A stretch of 64,000 nt of DNA from a virus: the IMG/VR virus record IMGVR_UViG_3300009159_000053, positions 1 to 64,000 of that record, one strand, 5' to 3'. The position numbers and the translations under genes were made by a program. Numbering within the stretch: position 1 is the stretch's first letter; every line of letters begins with the position of its first letter. The notes beneath the pieces were generated by a model. That model was not told the origin of the DNA. It was given only the letters and a program-made list of their open reading frames with translations, and ran no database searches. Below, piece by piece: positions 55,525 to 63,450 of this stretch.

Positions 55525-56424
55525 TTATGGTGCCGATTGAGTGTACGTATCGATGGTAGTGAACTGAGAGCGACCAAGGGTCTGACTTCCAGTTGTACCT
55601 GTGACGTTTAGTTGCAACACTTTGTACATCTTATTGAATGTTTCAGCCGCAATCTCAGATGAGACACGGACTGTTATTGCATTTACAAATAGTCTTTTTC
55701 CTTGTTCTGTAATATCTCTCTTAGAAATATCAAGAACATCCAAACGACGAGTTGTTCCAAACACAGTATTTGGTCCTGTATCTAAAACAGCAAATCGTAA
55801 TGGAATCTTTGAGTAAAGAAGTTGTGCCAAAATTTGACGGTCATGTCTTGGTTGGCGAGAAAAAGAAGTTATTTGATAATCAATGTTTACTGGAATTGGA
55901 TAGTTTATATCCCAGTTATGCTCATCAGTATCCCAAGCAGTATTTGTACCAATGACTGATGGGTTAGTTAAATAGGCTGGCTTTACTCTACCTCTCATGG
56001 CACGAGAAAAGTCTTCAGAGATATCAATCATATCAATAGTTATATAAGGATAAGACTGCGCTCTGATTTCCTGATCGGGTTGTCCAAACCATACTCCTAC
56101 TTTTCTAGTAGTTCCTGGAGTAGCAGTGCCACCTGAAGCAACTCTTGCAATGTTTGCATTTGTTTTTGCATATTTAAATGTAGTAGAAGTTGGAATTAAC
56201 GTAATGTTGTAGGTGCCATTAAAGGGCGTTGAAGCACCAGCAATTGTAACTGTGTCTCCAACTTCAAAGCCGTGCTCTGTAGATGTAGTTATTGTAACTA
56301 CATTGGTAGTAAGCGCTTTGTGTGTAATAGTTTTTGCCGTTGCAGATGCAGCCTGTTGATCAGTAACGGTCATCTCCTTTAAGAGATTTCTTAGTGCTTC
56401 ATCTTCATCTAATAAGAATGTCAT
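55525..56424 (-). CDS. tail terminator/completion protein with inserted beta domain
   Basis: V.FG.P, YPYITI, P.NIDYQI; insertion HGF.VGD.VTI.G...FNGTY. Confidence 0.7.
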   Translation of the reverse strand: MTFLLDEDEALRNLLKEMTVTDQQAASATAKTITHKALTTNVVTITTSTEHGFEVGDTVTIAGASTPFNGTYNITLIPTSTTFKYAKTNANIARVASGGTATPGTTRKVGVWFGQPDQEIRAQSYPYITIDMIDISEDFSRAMRGRVKPAYLTNPSVIGTNTAWDTDEHNWDINYPIPVNIDYQITSFSRQPRHDRQILAQLLYSKIPLRFAVLDTGPNTVFGTTRRLDVLDISKRDITEQGKRLFVNAITVRVSSEIAAETFNKMYKVLQLNVTGTTGSQTLGRSQFTTIDTYTQSAP

Positions 56425-56741
56425 AGGTGACCATCCAGATGTCTCATAGCACGATTAACTAAAAACTTTTCAGCCTCAGTCTGTCTGTTATTAAATCTAC
56501 GTATAGCAGCAGTTGGCTGTGTATCTGGGGTTCCGTATTCAAGATCTAGGATCTGAACTTTATGGGCTGGGTTTCCATGAACTGTAAAGGATCCATTATC
56601 ATGGCGAACATGCAGGTGCTTAACAATCTTTTCTGGCCAACCAGAAGCACGGGCCTCTGAACGCAAGTGAGCGCCCATGAAGCGTGTAGTTTCTACACTG
56701 GCTTTAGTTAGGGATTCTTTGGCTCTCTTTAGGTAGGTCAC
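56421..56741 (-). CDS. neck/head-tail connector protein (HK97 gp10-like)
   Basis: LEYGT...P. Confidence 0.65.
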   Translation of the reverse strand: MTYLKRAKESLTKASVETTRFMGAHLRSEARASGWPEKIVKHLHVRHDNGSFTVHGNPAHKVQILDLEYGTPDTQPTAAIRRFNNRQTEAEKFLVNRAMRHLDGHL

Positions 56742-56944
56742 TTCTTCTTCTTCGCTTTCGCCTTCGCTTTTGCGCCAACGTACACAGCACCAGCAAGATA
56801 GGCTGCGGTTGTACCTGCAAGAATCGATGCGATAGCGGGACGTTTTTCTTTAGGGCGGAATCCAAACACACCCCGAATAAACTCTTCACGTTCGCCTTGA
56901 TTATTCATCTCAGCGACCTGTTCGTACCAAGGCTTATAAGCCAT
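56738..56944 (-). CDS. small protein with hydrophobic then basic C-terminus
   Basis: Start moved to MAYKPW; GGGG RBS. Confidence 0.6.
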   Translation of the reverse strand: MAYKPWYEQVAEMNNQGEREEFIRGVFGFRPKEKRPAIASILAGTTAAYLAGAVYVGAKAKAKAKKKK

Positions 56945-57023
56945 AATAAATAACCCCTTTATCGCAACCTGTGGGACAGTAGTCAGGCACCGCAGCGGTG
57001 TTCTGATATAGCAATGATAAATG

Positions 57024-57046
57024 AAAAAGCCACCCGTAGGTGGCTT
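57024..57046 (-). terminator. intrinsic terminator
   Basis: Minus strand AAGCCACC-TACG-GGTGGCTT-TTT. Confidence 0.8.
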
Positions 57047-57051
57047 AGTCA

Positions 57052-57297
57052 TTACTTCTTTTTCTTTTCTCGCTTGTCTTCAGCCTTCTCGCCTTTTTTA
57101 CCTTCTTTGGCTTCGTGCTTCTTAGATGCGGATTTAATCTTCTTTATATTAGCAACATCCATCTTGCGGTCATCCTCTTGGGACTTAGGCTTGCGATGCT
57201 TCTTATCCATCTTTTCAAACTTGGCCTTCTCTTCTTTATCCAATCCCTTTGTGGTCTTGGCATCCTGCTTCTTGTCAGAGGCCTTGGTGTACTTCAT
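57052..57297 (-). CDS. Lys/Asp-rich small protein
   Basis: Highly charged 81-aa ORF. Confidence 0.65.
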   Translation of the reverse strand: MKYTKASDKKQDAKTTKGLDKEEKAKFEKMDKKHRKPKSQEDDRKMDVANIKKIKSASKKHEAKEGKKGEKAEDKREKKKK

Positions 57298-57416
57298 TAG
57301 ACGATCTTCTTTTTCTTCTTCTTCTTTAGCGCTTTAAAATCTGCGCCAGTAATTTTATCAGCAGGCTTTGCAGCGTTAGCAATCTTCATCTGCTTAGGGC
57401 TTAGTGACTTCTTCAT
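57297..57416 (-). CDS. basic mini-protein (39 aa, KITGADF motif)
   Basis: Hand-translated MKKSLSPKQMKIA...KITGADFKALKKKKKKKIV; TAATG coupling. Confidence 0.6.
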   Translation of the reverse strand: MKKSLSPKQMKIANAAKPADKITGADFKALKKKKKKKIV

Positions 57417-57481
57417 TACTTACCCTTCTGGCAAGTGGAACACTTGCACTTGCAGTTCTTCATTGTGCACTTAAGAGCCAT
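57416..57481 (-). CDS. 21-aa Cys/Lys peptide
   Basis: MALKCTMKNCKCKCSTCQKGK; TAATG coupling on both sides. Confidence 0.5.
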   Translation of the reverse strand: MALKCTMKNCKCKCSTCQKGK

Positions 57482-57600
57482 TATTTTTTGTCCTTCTTTT
57501 TCTTGTCTGTCTTCTTCTTAGCATACTTCTTATTAGCAGCGGCTAGAGTCTTCATGCCGTGCTTATCTTTTGGCTTCATACAGCCACAGGTGCTACACAT
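57481..57600 (-). CDS. basic mini-protein (39 aa, MCxxCGC start)
   Basis: Hand-translated MCSTCGCMKPKDKH... Confidence 0.55.
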   Translation of the reverse strand: MCSTCGCMKPKDKHGMKTLAAANKKYAKKKTDKKKKDKK

Positions 57601-57602
57601 AT

Positions 57603-57779
57603 TTATTTACCTTTCGTCTTAGTCTTCTTAGCCTTTTTAGCAACTGCTGCATTATCGACTAAGTTTGGGTAGGGGCGTCCTGCTGCCTTGGCTCTCGCCT
57701 TAGCCGCAGACTTCTGAGATGGTGTTAACTTCTTATCTTTACCTGAAGGATCTTTTGTATTCCAAAATGCTTTTGCCAT
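57603..57779 (-). CDS. basic mini-protein (ARAKAAGRPYPNLVDN)
   Basis: Start moved to MAKAFW. Confidence 0.65.
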   Translation of the reverse strand: MAKAFWNTKDPSGKDKKLTPSQKSAAKARAKAAGRPYPNLVDNAAVAKKAKKTKTKGK

Positions 57780-58039
57780 TAACAATCCCACTTTCTTAAT
57801 GCTAGTGCCTTACGAGTTGGCTTGCCATTCTTTTCCATTGGTCCCTTGACCCCACCCATTCTTGCACAAAATGATTTACGACGTGCTGCTTTTTTAGGAG
57901 ACTTCTTTGCCTCTTTTGCCGATACTGGAGGTTTTAATGTTCCGCCAGTTTCACGCTTATAGGATGCACGACCCTTTGCATTTAATCCACCCTCTGGATT
58001 CTTACCTTCCTTGCGTTGCCATGCTGCTGTCTTTGCCAT
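57779..58039 (-). CDS. DUF6321-like basic protein
   Basis: GKNP.GGLN.KGR...RRKSFCARM...ALRKWDC. Confidence 0.75.
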   Translation of the reverse strand: MAKTAAWQRKEGKNPEGGLNAKGRASYKRETGGTLKPPVSAKEAKKSPKKAARRKSFCARMGGVKGPMEKNGKPTRKALALRKWDC

Positions 58040-58290
58040 TATCGTCCCTGACTTCTATGAGGATTGCTTTTGTGCCAACTCTTTACAGCCTTGACACCTT
58101 GCTTAACAGTCTTTGATCCGCCCATTTTTGTGAGATTGATTTTATCCCACTTACCTTGATTGGTATTGGTGTGCTCAACAACCACATCACCCTTTTTATT
58201 TTTAGAAACTTTATGAACTACCTTGGCTTTTTTCTTAGGAACACCAATAGCAAGAGTTACTGGCTTTTCTGGCTTCTTCTTATCAGCCAT
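58039..58290 (-). CDS. basic small protein
   Basis: Translationally coupled ORF. Confidence 0.65.
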   Translation of the reverse strand: MADKKKPEKPVTLAIGVPKKKAKVVHKVSKNKKGDVVVEHTNTNQGKWDKINLTKMGGSKTVKQGVKAVKSWHKSNPHRSQGR

Positions 58291-58472
58291 TAAGCCACCG
58301 ACTTCTTATGCTTATAACGAATTGGGGCTTTAGGTTTTCTCACTATGCCGCCCTTCTTTCGTTTTAATTTAGCACCGCCAGCCTCGTATTTACTCTCAGT
58401 AACATTTGTTTGAATATTCTTCTGTGGCTGCTTACCAGCCCTTGCTCCAATGTTCCTGCGCCGTCTTGCCAT
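58290..58472 (-). CDS. Arg/Lys-rich small protein
   Basis: Translationally coupled ORF. Confidence 0.6.
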   Translation of the reverse strand: MARRRRNIGARAGKQPQKNIQTNVTESKYEAGGAKLKRKKGGIVRKPKAPIRYKHKKSVA

Positions 58473-58654
58473 TACTTACTCTTCTTCTTCTTTGACATTC
58501 CCGCTTCGCTCATTGCAATAGCAACAGCCTGCTTCTTTGATTTAACAACTGGGCCTTTACCAGGACCCCTCTTACCTGAGTGCAACTTTCCTTCTTTGTA
58601 CTCCTTCATAACCTTTTCAACTTTGCCTTTTGCTTTTTTAGTTGCCATCATCAT
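58472..58654 (-). CDS. DUF6496-like basic protein
   Basis: KV.KVM.EYK.GKLHSG...QAVAIA.SEA. Confidence 0.75.
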   Translation of the reverse strand: MMMATKKAKGKVEKVMKEYKEGKLHSGKRGPGKGPVVKSKKQAVAIAMSEAGMSKKKKSK

Positions 58655-58735
58655 CCTCTTCTACTTGGTCATCTAATTCTACCGCATCAAACTCAAAGAG
58701 AGATGGGTCTAATAACTCTTCAAAATTTCCCAAGG

Positions 58736-59269
58736 CTAGTTTGCGTATGCTTGGAACTGAGGATCATTTACTAACTCCTCTGAGTTGACTAGGTTGCAGT
58801 CTATAGTTACTACTGAATAACGTTCGGCGTATCTTCCACGAGGTAAGACTCTGGTAGGAACAAATACTGCATCTTGGAATACGACACGATCCTTAATGTG
58901 TTGGTTTGGATCGGTGACCATTGCAGGGAGTAATCTATTTATATCTGCTACAGAAACAACGAGGCGCAGAGTATCTACTACGTAGAATCCTCGTTCATTC
59001 ATTATGTTTGTACCACGCATTAATTGCGCCAAAATTACGGGCAAATCAAAGGGGTCATTCCATCTGCGGCCCTTAGTAGGATCTTGATTTGATACATCGT
59101 AAACTGGATCTACGTAATTGGCATAGTCAGCAGCAAGTGCTGCATCATCCCAACTCCACCAATCAACAATTGTTCCTACAGGATCACGGAGTTCATCGAC
59201 CATACCCTCATCCATAGAGAGAGTCTCAAAACCTATCTTAAATCGTCCTTGGACTTTTGAACCACGCAT
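58736..59269 (-). CDS. head closure / head-tail adaptor-like protein
   Basis: DPVYD, D.LRL, KDRVVF; position in the structural module. Confidence 0.55.
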   Translation of the reverse strand: MRGSKVQGRFKIGFETLSMDEGMVDELRDPVGTIVDWWSWDDAALAADYANYVDPVYDVSNQDPTKGRRWNDPFDLPVILAQLMRGTNIMNERGFYVVDTLRLVVSVADINRLLPAMVTDPNQHIKDRVVFQDAVFVPTRVLPRGRYAERYSVVTIDCNLVNSEELVNDPQFQAYAN

Positions 59270-59307
59270 GGTGTGGATTATCCCCTACCGTTATTTTTAT
59301 AAAAGGA

Positions 59308-60669
59308 TTAACTATTAGGATAACGAATAATTACTAAACCTGAACCGCCTGCTCCACCATTACCGTTGCTGTAACCGCCACCACCACCACCACCGCCAGT
59401 ATTAGCAGTACCAGCAGTTCCAGCAGTTCCATTACCTGCACCACCAGCACCTCCACCACCAGTACTTGCTGCACCACCAGTTCCAGTACCTCCAGCGCCC
59501 CCTGCGCCACCACCGCCACCGCCAGCGTAAAAATAAGTATTATTTGAAATTTGACCAGTTACAGTTGCATAACCCCATGCAGAAGCAGCGGATGAACCAA
59601 TACCTCCAGCACCACCTGCTCTACTACTAGTTCCATCTCCACCTACGCCCCCTGCGCCACCACCGCCACCAGCACCGTAGTTTGCACTTGCACTATTTGT
59701 ACCTGAATAACCACTATTGTTTCCTTGTGAAGGAGACGTTGATGGTATATTACCTAATCCAATATTTGATGTTGTACCAAATCCGTTAGTTCCTCCACCT
59801 GAACCACCATCTTCAATTCCTGAATAATTACCGTCTCCACCAATTCCACCACCACCACCAGTTGATGTAATAGTAGAAAATACAGAATTTGAACCATTGG
59901 TTCCATTATTAACTGAAATAGAACCACCATTACCACCTGCACCAACAGTTACTGTGTAAGTATTTCCTGCTGGTAATAATAAACCAGAAACAATACGGAA
60001 CCCACCTGCTCCACCACCACCAGCATAGTTTCTTCCACCCCCACCACCACCAGCAATTACAAGTGCTTCGGCATTTTTAATTTTTTCATTTGCAGTAAAA
60101 GTACTAGTAGAAGTAAATGTATGATAAGTGTAAGCGCCATCAGCAGTAATAGTTCCACCAGTGGCACGAGTACCACCTACGCCGTATAGGTAAGCAGTTG
60201 AGTGTTGGTCAAAAGTTCCAGCACCAGCAGTTATAGTAATTTTTGTTATTGCTGAAGAATCACTCCACTGAGAAGCACTTATTTGAACATAAGCGGTAGT
60301 CGCATTGTTTTCAGTTACTGTATCCACACTAACAGATTTATTATTTGAACTTGTATAATTTGAAATATAAACAGAAGAACTGCCAAAAACGCTAGCAGTT
60401 GAACTAGCATAATTATCAAAAGTTTCAAGAAAAGACGTAACTTGATCACTTGATGTAGCAGTAGCGCCATTACCTCTTAAATAGCGGTTAAGATAATTTG
60501 AGGTGCTATCGTTAAAAGTAATTTGAGCAGTAGCAGAATTACCTGATTCTCTTAAAGAATGAACTAATAATAAATCTGTATAGGTTGCTGGGATATTGTT
60601 AAAATTAATACTAGCCGCACCGCCACTACCAACAGTGACTGCTCCAATTAATTGATATGACTGTGCCAT
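59308..60669 (-). CDS. glycine-rich tail fibre-like protein
   Basis: I.F.NIP.TY.DL domain plus ATGG...YHTFT...GGGG repeats ending G.VIIRY. Confidence 0.8.
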   Translation of the reverse strand: MAQSYQLIGAVTVGSGGAASINFNNIPATYTDLLLVHSLRESGNSATAQITFNDSTSNYLNRYLRGNGATATSSDQVTSFLETFDNYASSTASVFGSSSVYISNYTSSNNKSVSVDTVTENNATTAYVQISASQWSDSSAITKITITAGAGTFDQHSTAYLYGVGGTRATGGTITADGAYTYHTFTSTSTFTANEKIKNAEALVIAGGGGGGRNYAGGGGAGGFRIVSGLLLPAGNTYTVTVGAGGNGGSISVNNGTNGSNSVFSTITSTGGGGGIGGDGNYSGIEDGGSGGGTNGFGTTSNIGLGNIPSTSPSQGNNSGYSGTNSASANYGAGGGGGAGGVGGDGTSSRAGGAGGIGSSAASAWGYATVTGQISNNTYFYAGGGGGGAGGAGGTGTGGAASTGGGGAGGAGNGTAGTAGTANTGGGGGGGGYSNGNGGAGGSGLVIIRYPNS

Positions 60670-62018
60670 TATGCTGAGTACCTCACAATCACAATACCCG
60701 AACCACCAGCACGTGAACTTCCACTGCTAGGAGAACCTCCGCCACCACCGCCGCCAGTATTTACTGTTCCAGCAACTAAACCAGCACCGCCGCCGCCTGT
60801 TCCACCTGAACCAGCGCTGACTCCACTGGCAGAACCTCCACCACCGCCACCTGCGAAGTAGTAGTTACCGCTAGATAAAACTCCAGTACCAGTTGCTAAA
60901 GCCATTGCGTTTATAGTTGCGTAATTGGCGTAACTAACGCCACCTGCACCGATTCCACCTGCACCAGATTGTCCACCTGTTCCATTGGCACCAGCAGCAC
61001 CTGCGCCTCCACCACCGCCTGCGTATGAATTGCTTGATGAATTACCATTACCACCAGCGTAACCTTCTACAGGAGAATATGATCCAGCGTTACCTGCTCC
61101 ACCAAATCTTTGTGCACCATCTTGAGACAAACCACCACCACCTGAGCCGCCTGATCCTCCAGCACCATCTCCACCGCCAGTAGCACTAATAGACCCTAAA
61201 GATGAGTTAACCCCACTGGAACCTGAAGCCCCACCCGCTCCAACTGTAACTGTATAAGATTGTCCTGATAAAGATTGAGATAAAAGAACACGGAATCCAC
61301 CTGCTCCACCACCTCCACCTGTTTCTGCTGAACCACCTACAGATGCACCTGCACCGCCGCCTGCTACTACCAAGTAATCAGCGGTAATTCCTTGAGTAGG
61401 TGTAAATACTCCTGAAGAAGTAAATGTGTGATACCAATAAGTTCCATCTGTTCTTACTGTATTTCCACCAGTTGCTTTTGGCTTTAATGCTGCTGCTATT
61501 CCATAGAGTGTTGCTGTGCAACCCGATGCTAAATTATTAACGCCAAAATCTCGACTTAAAGTAACTGAGTCAATAGCACTAGTAGAACGCCATAAGGTTG
61601 CATATGCTTCCACTACACTGCTTGGAGTATTTCCTCTTGATATAAATGTTTTATATGTTGTTGTATTTGAATAGTTCATAAAATTAATTATAATAGTTGA
61701 TAAACTTGTACTACTAGTTTGAGCAATATCTGCTGGTTCAAAAAATGCAGTACTAGTATATCTAGTACCGCTAGCCGTAGAACCATCACCTTTTATTGGA
61801 GTTCCTGAATAATTTGAGCCAGTATCACCATTAACTCTACATCTAAAACCATTTGTTGCAGAACCTGTAGTCGTACTTTTTCCAGTAAATACAATAACTA
61901 AATCTGTATAATTTTGTGGTATATTAGAAAACGTAATCGATGCCGTCGCACTACCTAAAGTCTGACTAGCAATTTTTGTATATGTAGGACCTGCATTATA
62001 GTTGTATACAACAGCCAT
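60669..62018 (-). CDS. glycine-rich tail fibre-like protein
   Basis: Paralogue of 59308..60669. Confidence 0.8.
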   Translation of the reverse strand: MAVVYNYNAGPTYTKIASQTLGSATASITFSNIPQNYTDLVIVFTGKSTTTGSATNGFRCRVNGDTGSNYSGTPIKGDGSTASGTRYTSTAFFEPADIAQTSSTSLSTIIINFMNYSNTTTYKTFISRGNTPSSVVEAYATLWRSTSAIDSVTLSRDFGVNNLASGCTATLYGIAAALKPKATGGNTVRTDGTYWYHTFTSSGVFTPTQGITADYLVVAGGGAGASVGGSAETGGGGGAGGFRVLLSQSLSGQSYTVTVGAGGASGSSGVNSSLGSISATGGGDGAGGSGGSGGGGLSQDGAQRFGGAGNAGSYSPVEGYAGGNGNSSSNSYAGGGGGAGAAGANGTGGQSGAGGIGAGGVSYANYATINAMALATGTGVLSSGNYYFAGGGGGGSASGVSAGSGGTGGGGAGLVAGTVNTGGGGGGGSPSSGSSRAGGSGIVIVRYSA

Positions 62019-62618
62019 TTATGCTCCTCGAATTCCGTATAGGGCAAAATGGCTGTATTGAGAAAATGTGCCTGAACTTATAATAATTTCTATTGTTGTA
62101 ATTGCGGCTGGGGTAGCAGACCATAGACCTGAGTAAAGACCTAAAGCACCACTTCCATTAGCATCAAAACCTTCTAATATTTTTACAGTTTTATTTTTAG
62201 AAGTTGATGTGTAATCCAATATATCAACAATACCTCCGTTAAATGTACTTGATGCACTAGTAAATCCTTGCCCTGATAAAACTATCGCATTGAAAGAACT
62301 TCCCGAATACGCTTGTGCGCCCAGTGATCCGCCACCACCACCATAAAGTTCGTGTGTATAATAATTGGTGCTGGTATCTGAATTAAATCTTAAACGACTA
62401 TAAACAGTACTGCTTGAACCACGACCAATATACCTAATTTGTAAATGTTTATAATTTTGCGGAATATTAGAAAAAGTAATGGTACTAGCACCACTGCTAT
62501 CAACTATTGCAGTAGAGATACTTTCAAATGTACCTGGAAAAGTTTCTTGGTCCCAGAGTTTAGATGACTTTATAACAGCACTAGAGATGCTGGCTGAAGT
62601 AAACTTTCTAACGCTCAC
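62019..62618 (-). CDS. virion protein (ITFSNIPQ.Y..L...LYG domain)
   Basis: Stand-alone copy of the fibre N-terminal domain. Confidence 0.75.
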   Translation of the reverse strand: MSVRKFTSASISSAVIKSSKLWDQETFPGTFESISTAIVDSSGASTITFSNIPQNYKHLQIRYIGRGSSSTVYSRLRFNSDTSTNYYTHELYGGGGGSLGAQAYSGSSFNAIVLSGQGFTSASSTFNGGIVDILDYTSTSKNKTVKILEGFDANGSGALGLYSGLWSATPAAITTIEIIISSGTFSQYSHFALYGIRGA

Positions 62619-62651
62619 AGGACAAATCCTTTTCTAGAAAAAGGGGGAAAC

Positions 62652-62882
62652 TTAAATTACTAGTACTGCTGCTTCTTCGGCAGTTAAAGGTTCTCCTGCA
62701 ATTAATTTTGCCTTTGCAGATTCTTTTAGCGCAGCCTTTGCAGCAGCCTCTTCTTCACGAGCCTCTTGTGCTTCTAGTGCAGCAGCAGCATCTTGATCAC
62801 GTTGTGCAATTTCTGCAGCAGTTAGTGGAACAATCTGTGTTTGACCAGTAGCGCAATTTACAATTACTTTTGTATCAGCCAT
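62652..62882 (-). CDS. fibre-associated small protein
   Basis: NC.TG...LTA.E...AKL. Confidence 0.7.
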   Translation of the reverse strand: MADTKVIVNCATGQTQIVPLTAAEIAQRDQDAAAALEAQEAREEEAAAKAALKESAKAKLIAGEPLTAEEAAVLVI

Positions 62883-63256
62883 TATTCAGTTACCTCTTTC
62901 CAGGATGTGGTTGCTTCGTCCCATGTGAAGAACTTTCCTTCTTCAACAGGCATTGGTGTTGGTGCCTCCCAAAGGCATGTGTCATTGTTTAATGTCCATG
63001 ATGGGAATGGCTTTGGTGGAATGAATGCATCTTTTACAGCATCGTACTTGTATCCGATGCCAGCATAATTTTTGCGATAGGCAGTTCCACCACTTGTGTG
63101 TACTCCACCAACGGTGTTGTATGAAGTCTTCTTCCAGGTGCCACCTAATCCTAAATCATCTGCCAAAAATTCTTGGCCACGATTCTCTTGATCATCAGCA
63201 ACAACTAGAACACGAAGTACTATTCCAGCGTTATCAATCTCGGCAAAATGTGCCAT
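62882..63256 (-). CDS. fibre-associated conserved protein (MAHFA...TSYN...RKNYAGIG...W..P)
   Basis: Motif family that typically follows Gly-rich fibre genes. Confidence 0.8.
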   Translation of the reverse strand: MAHFAEIDNAGIVLRVLVVADDQENRGQEFLADDLGLGGTWKKTSYNTVGGVHTSGGTAYRKNYAGIGYKYDAVKDAFIPPKPFPSWTLNNDTCLWEAPTPMPVEEGKFFTWDEATTSWKEVTE

Positions 63257-63265
63257 TGTTTCTCC

Positions 63266-63439
63266 TTAATTCAATCCACTGTAGAGTGAAATACTATCCT
63301 TTAATTCTACATCACGCTTGGTAACGTAGCCACCATCTTTATCTAATTTTTCTTTTGCAGCCTCTTCATCCTTAGCCAGAATTTGAATTAGCATCCTTAC
63401 TTCATATGTATAACAGGTTGTAGTTTCATCTTGCGCCAT
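63266..63439 (-). CDS. small hypothetical protein (57 aa)
   Basis: Hand-translated MAQDETTTCYTYEV...; AAGGAG RBS. Confidence 0.6.
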   Translation of the reverse strand: MAQDETTTCYTYEVRMLIQILAKDEEAAKEKLDKDGGYVTKRDVELKDSISLYSGLN

Positions 63440-63450
63440 TTATTTCTCCT

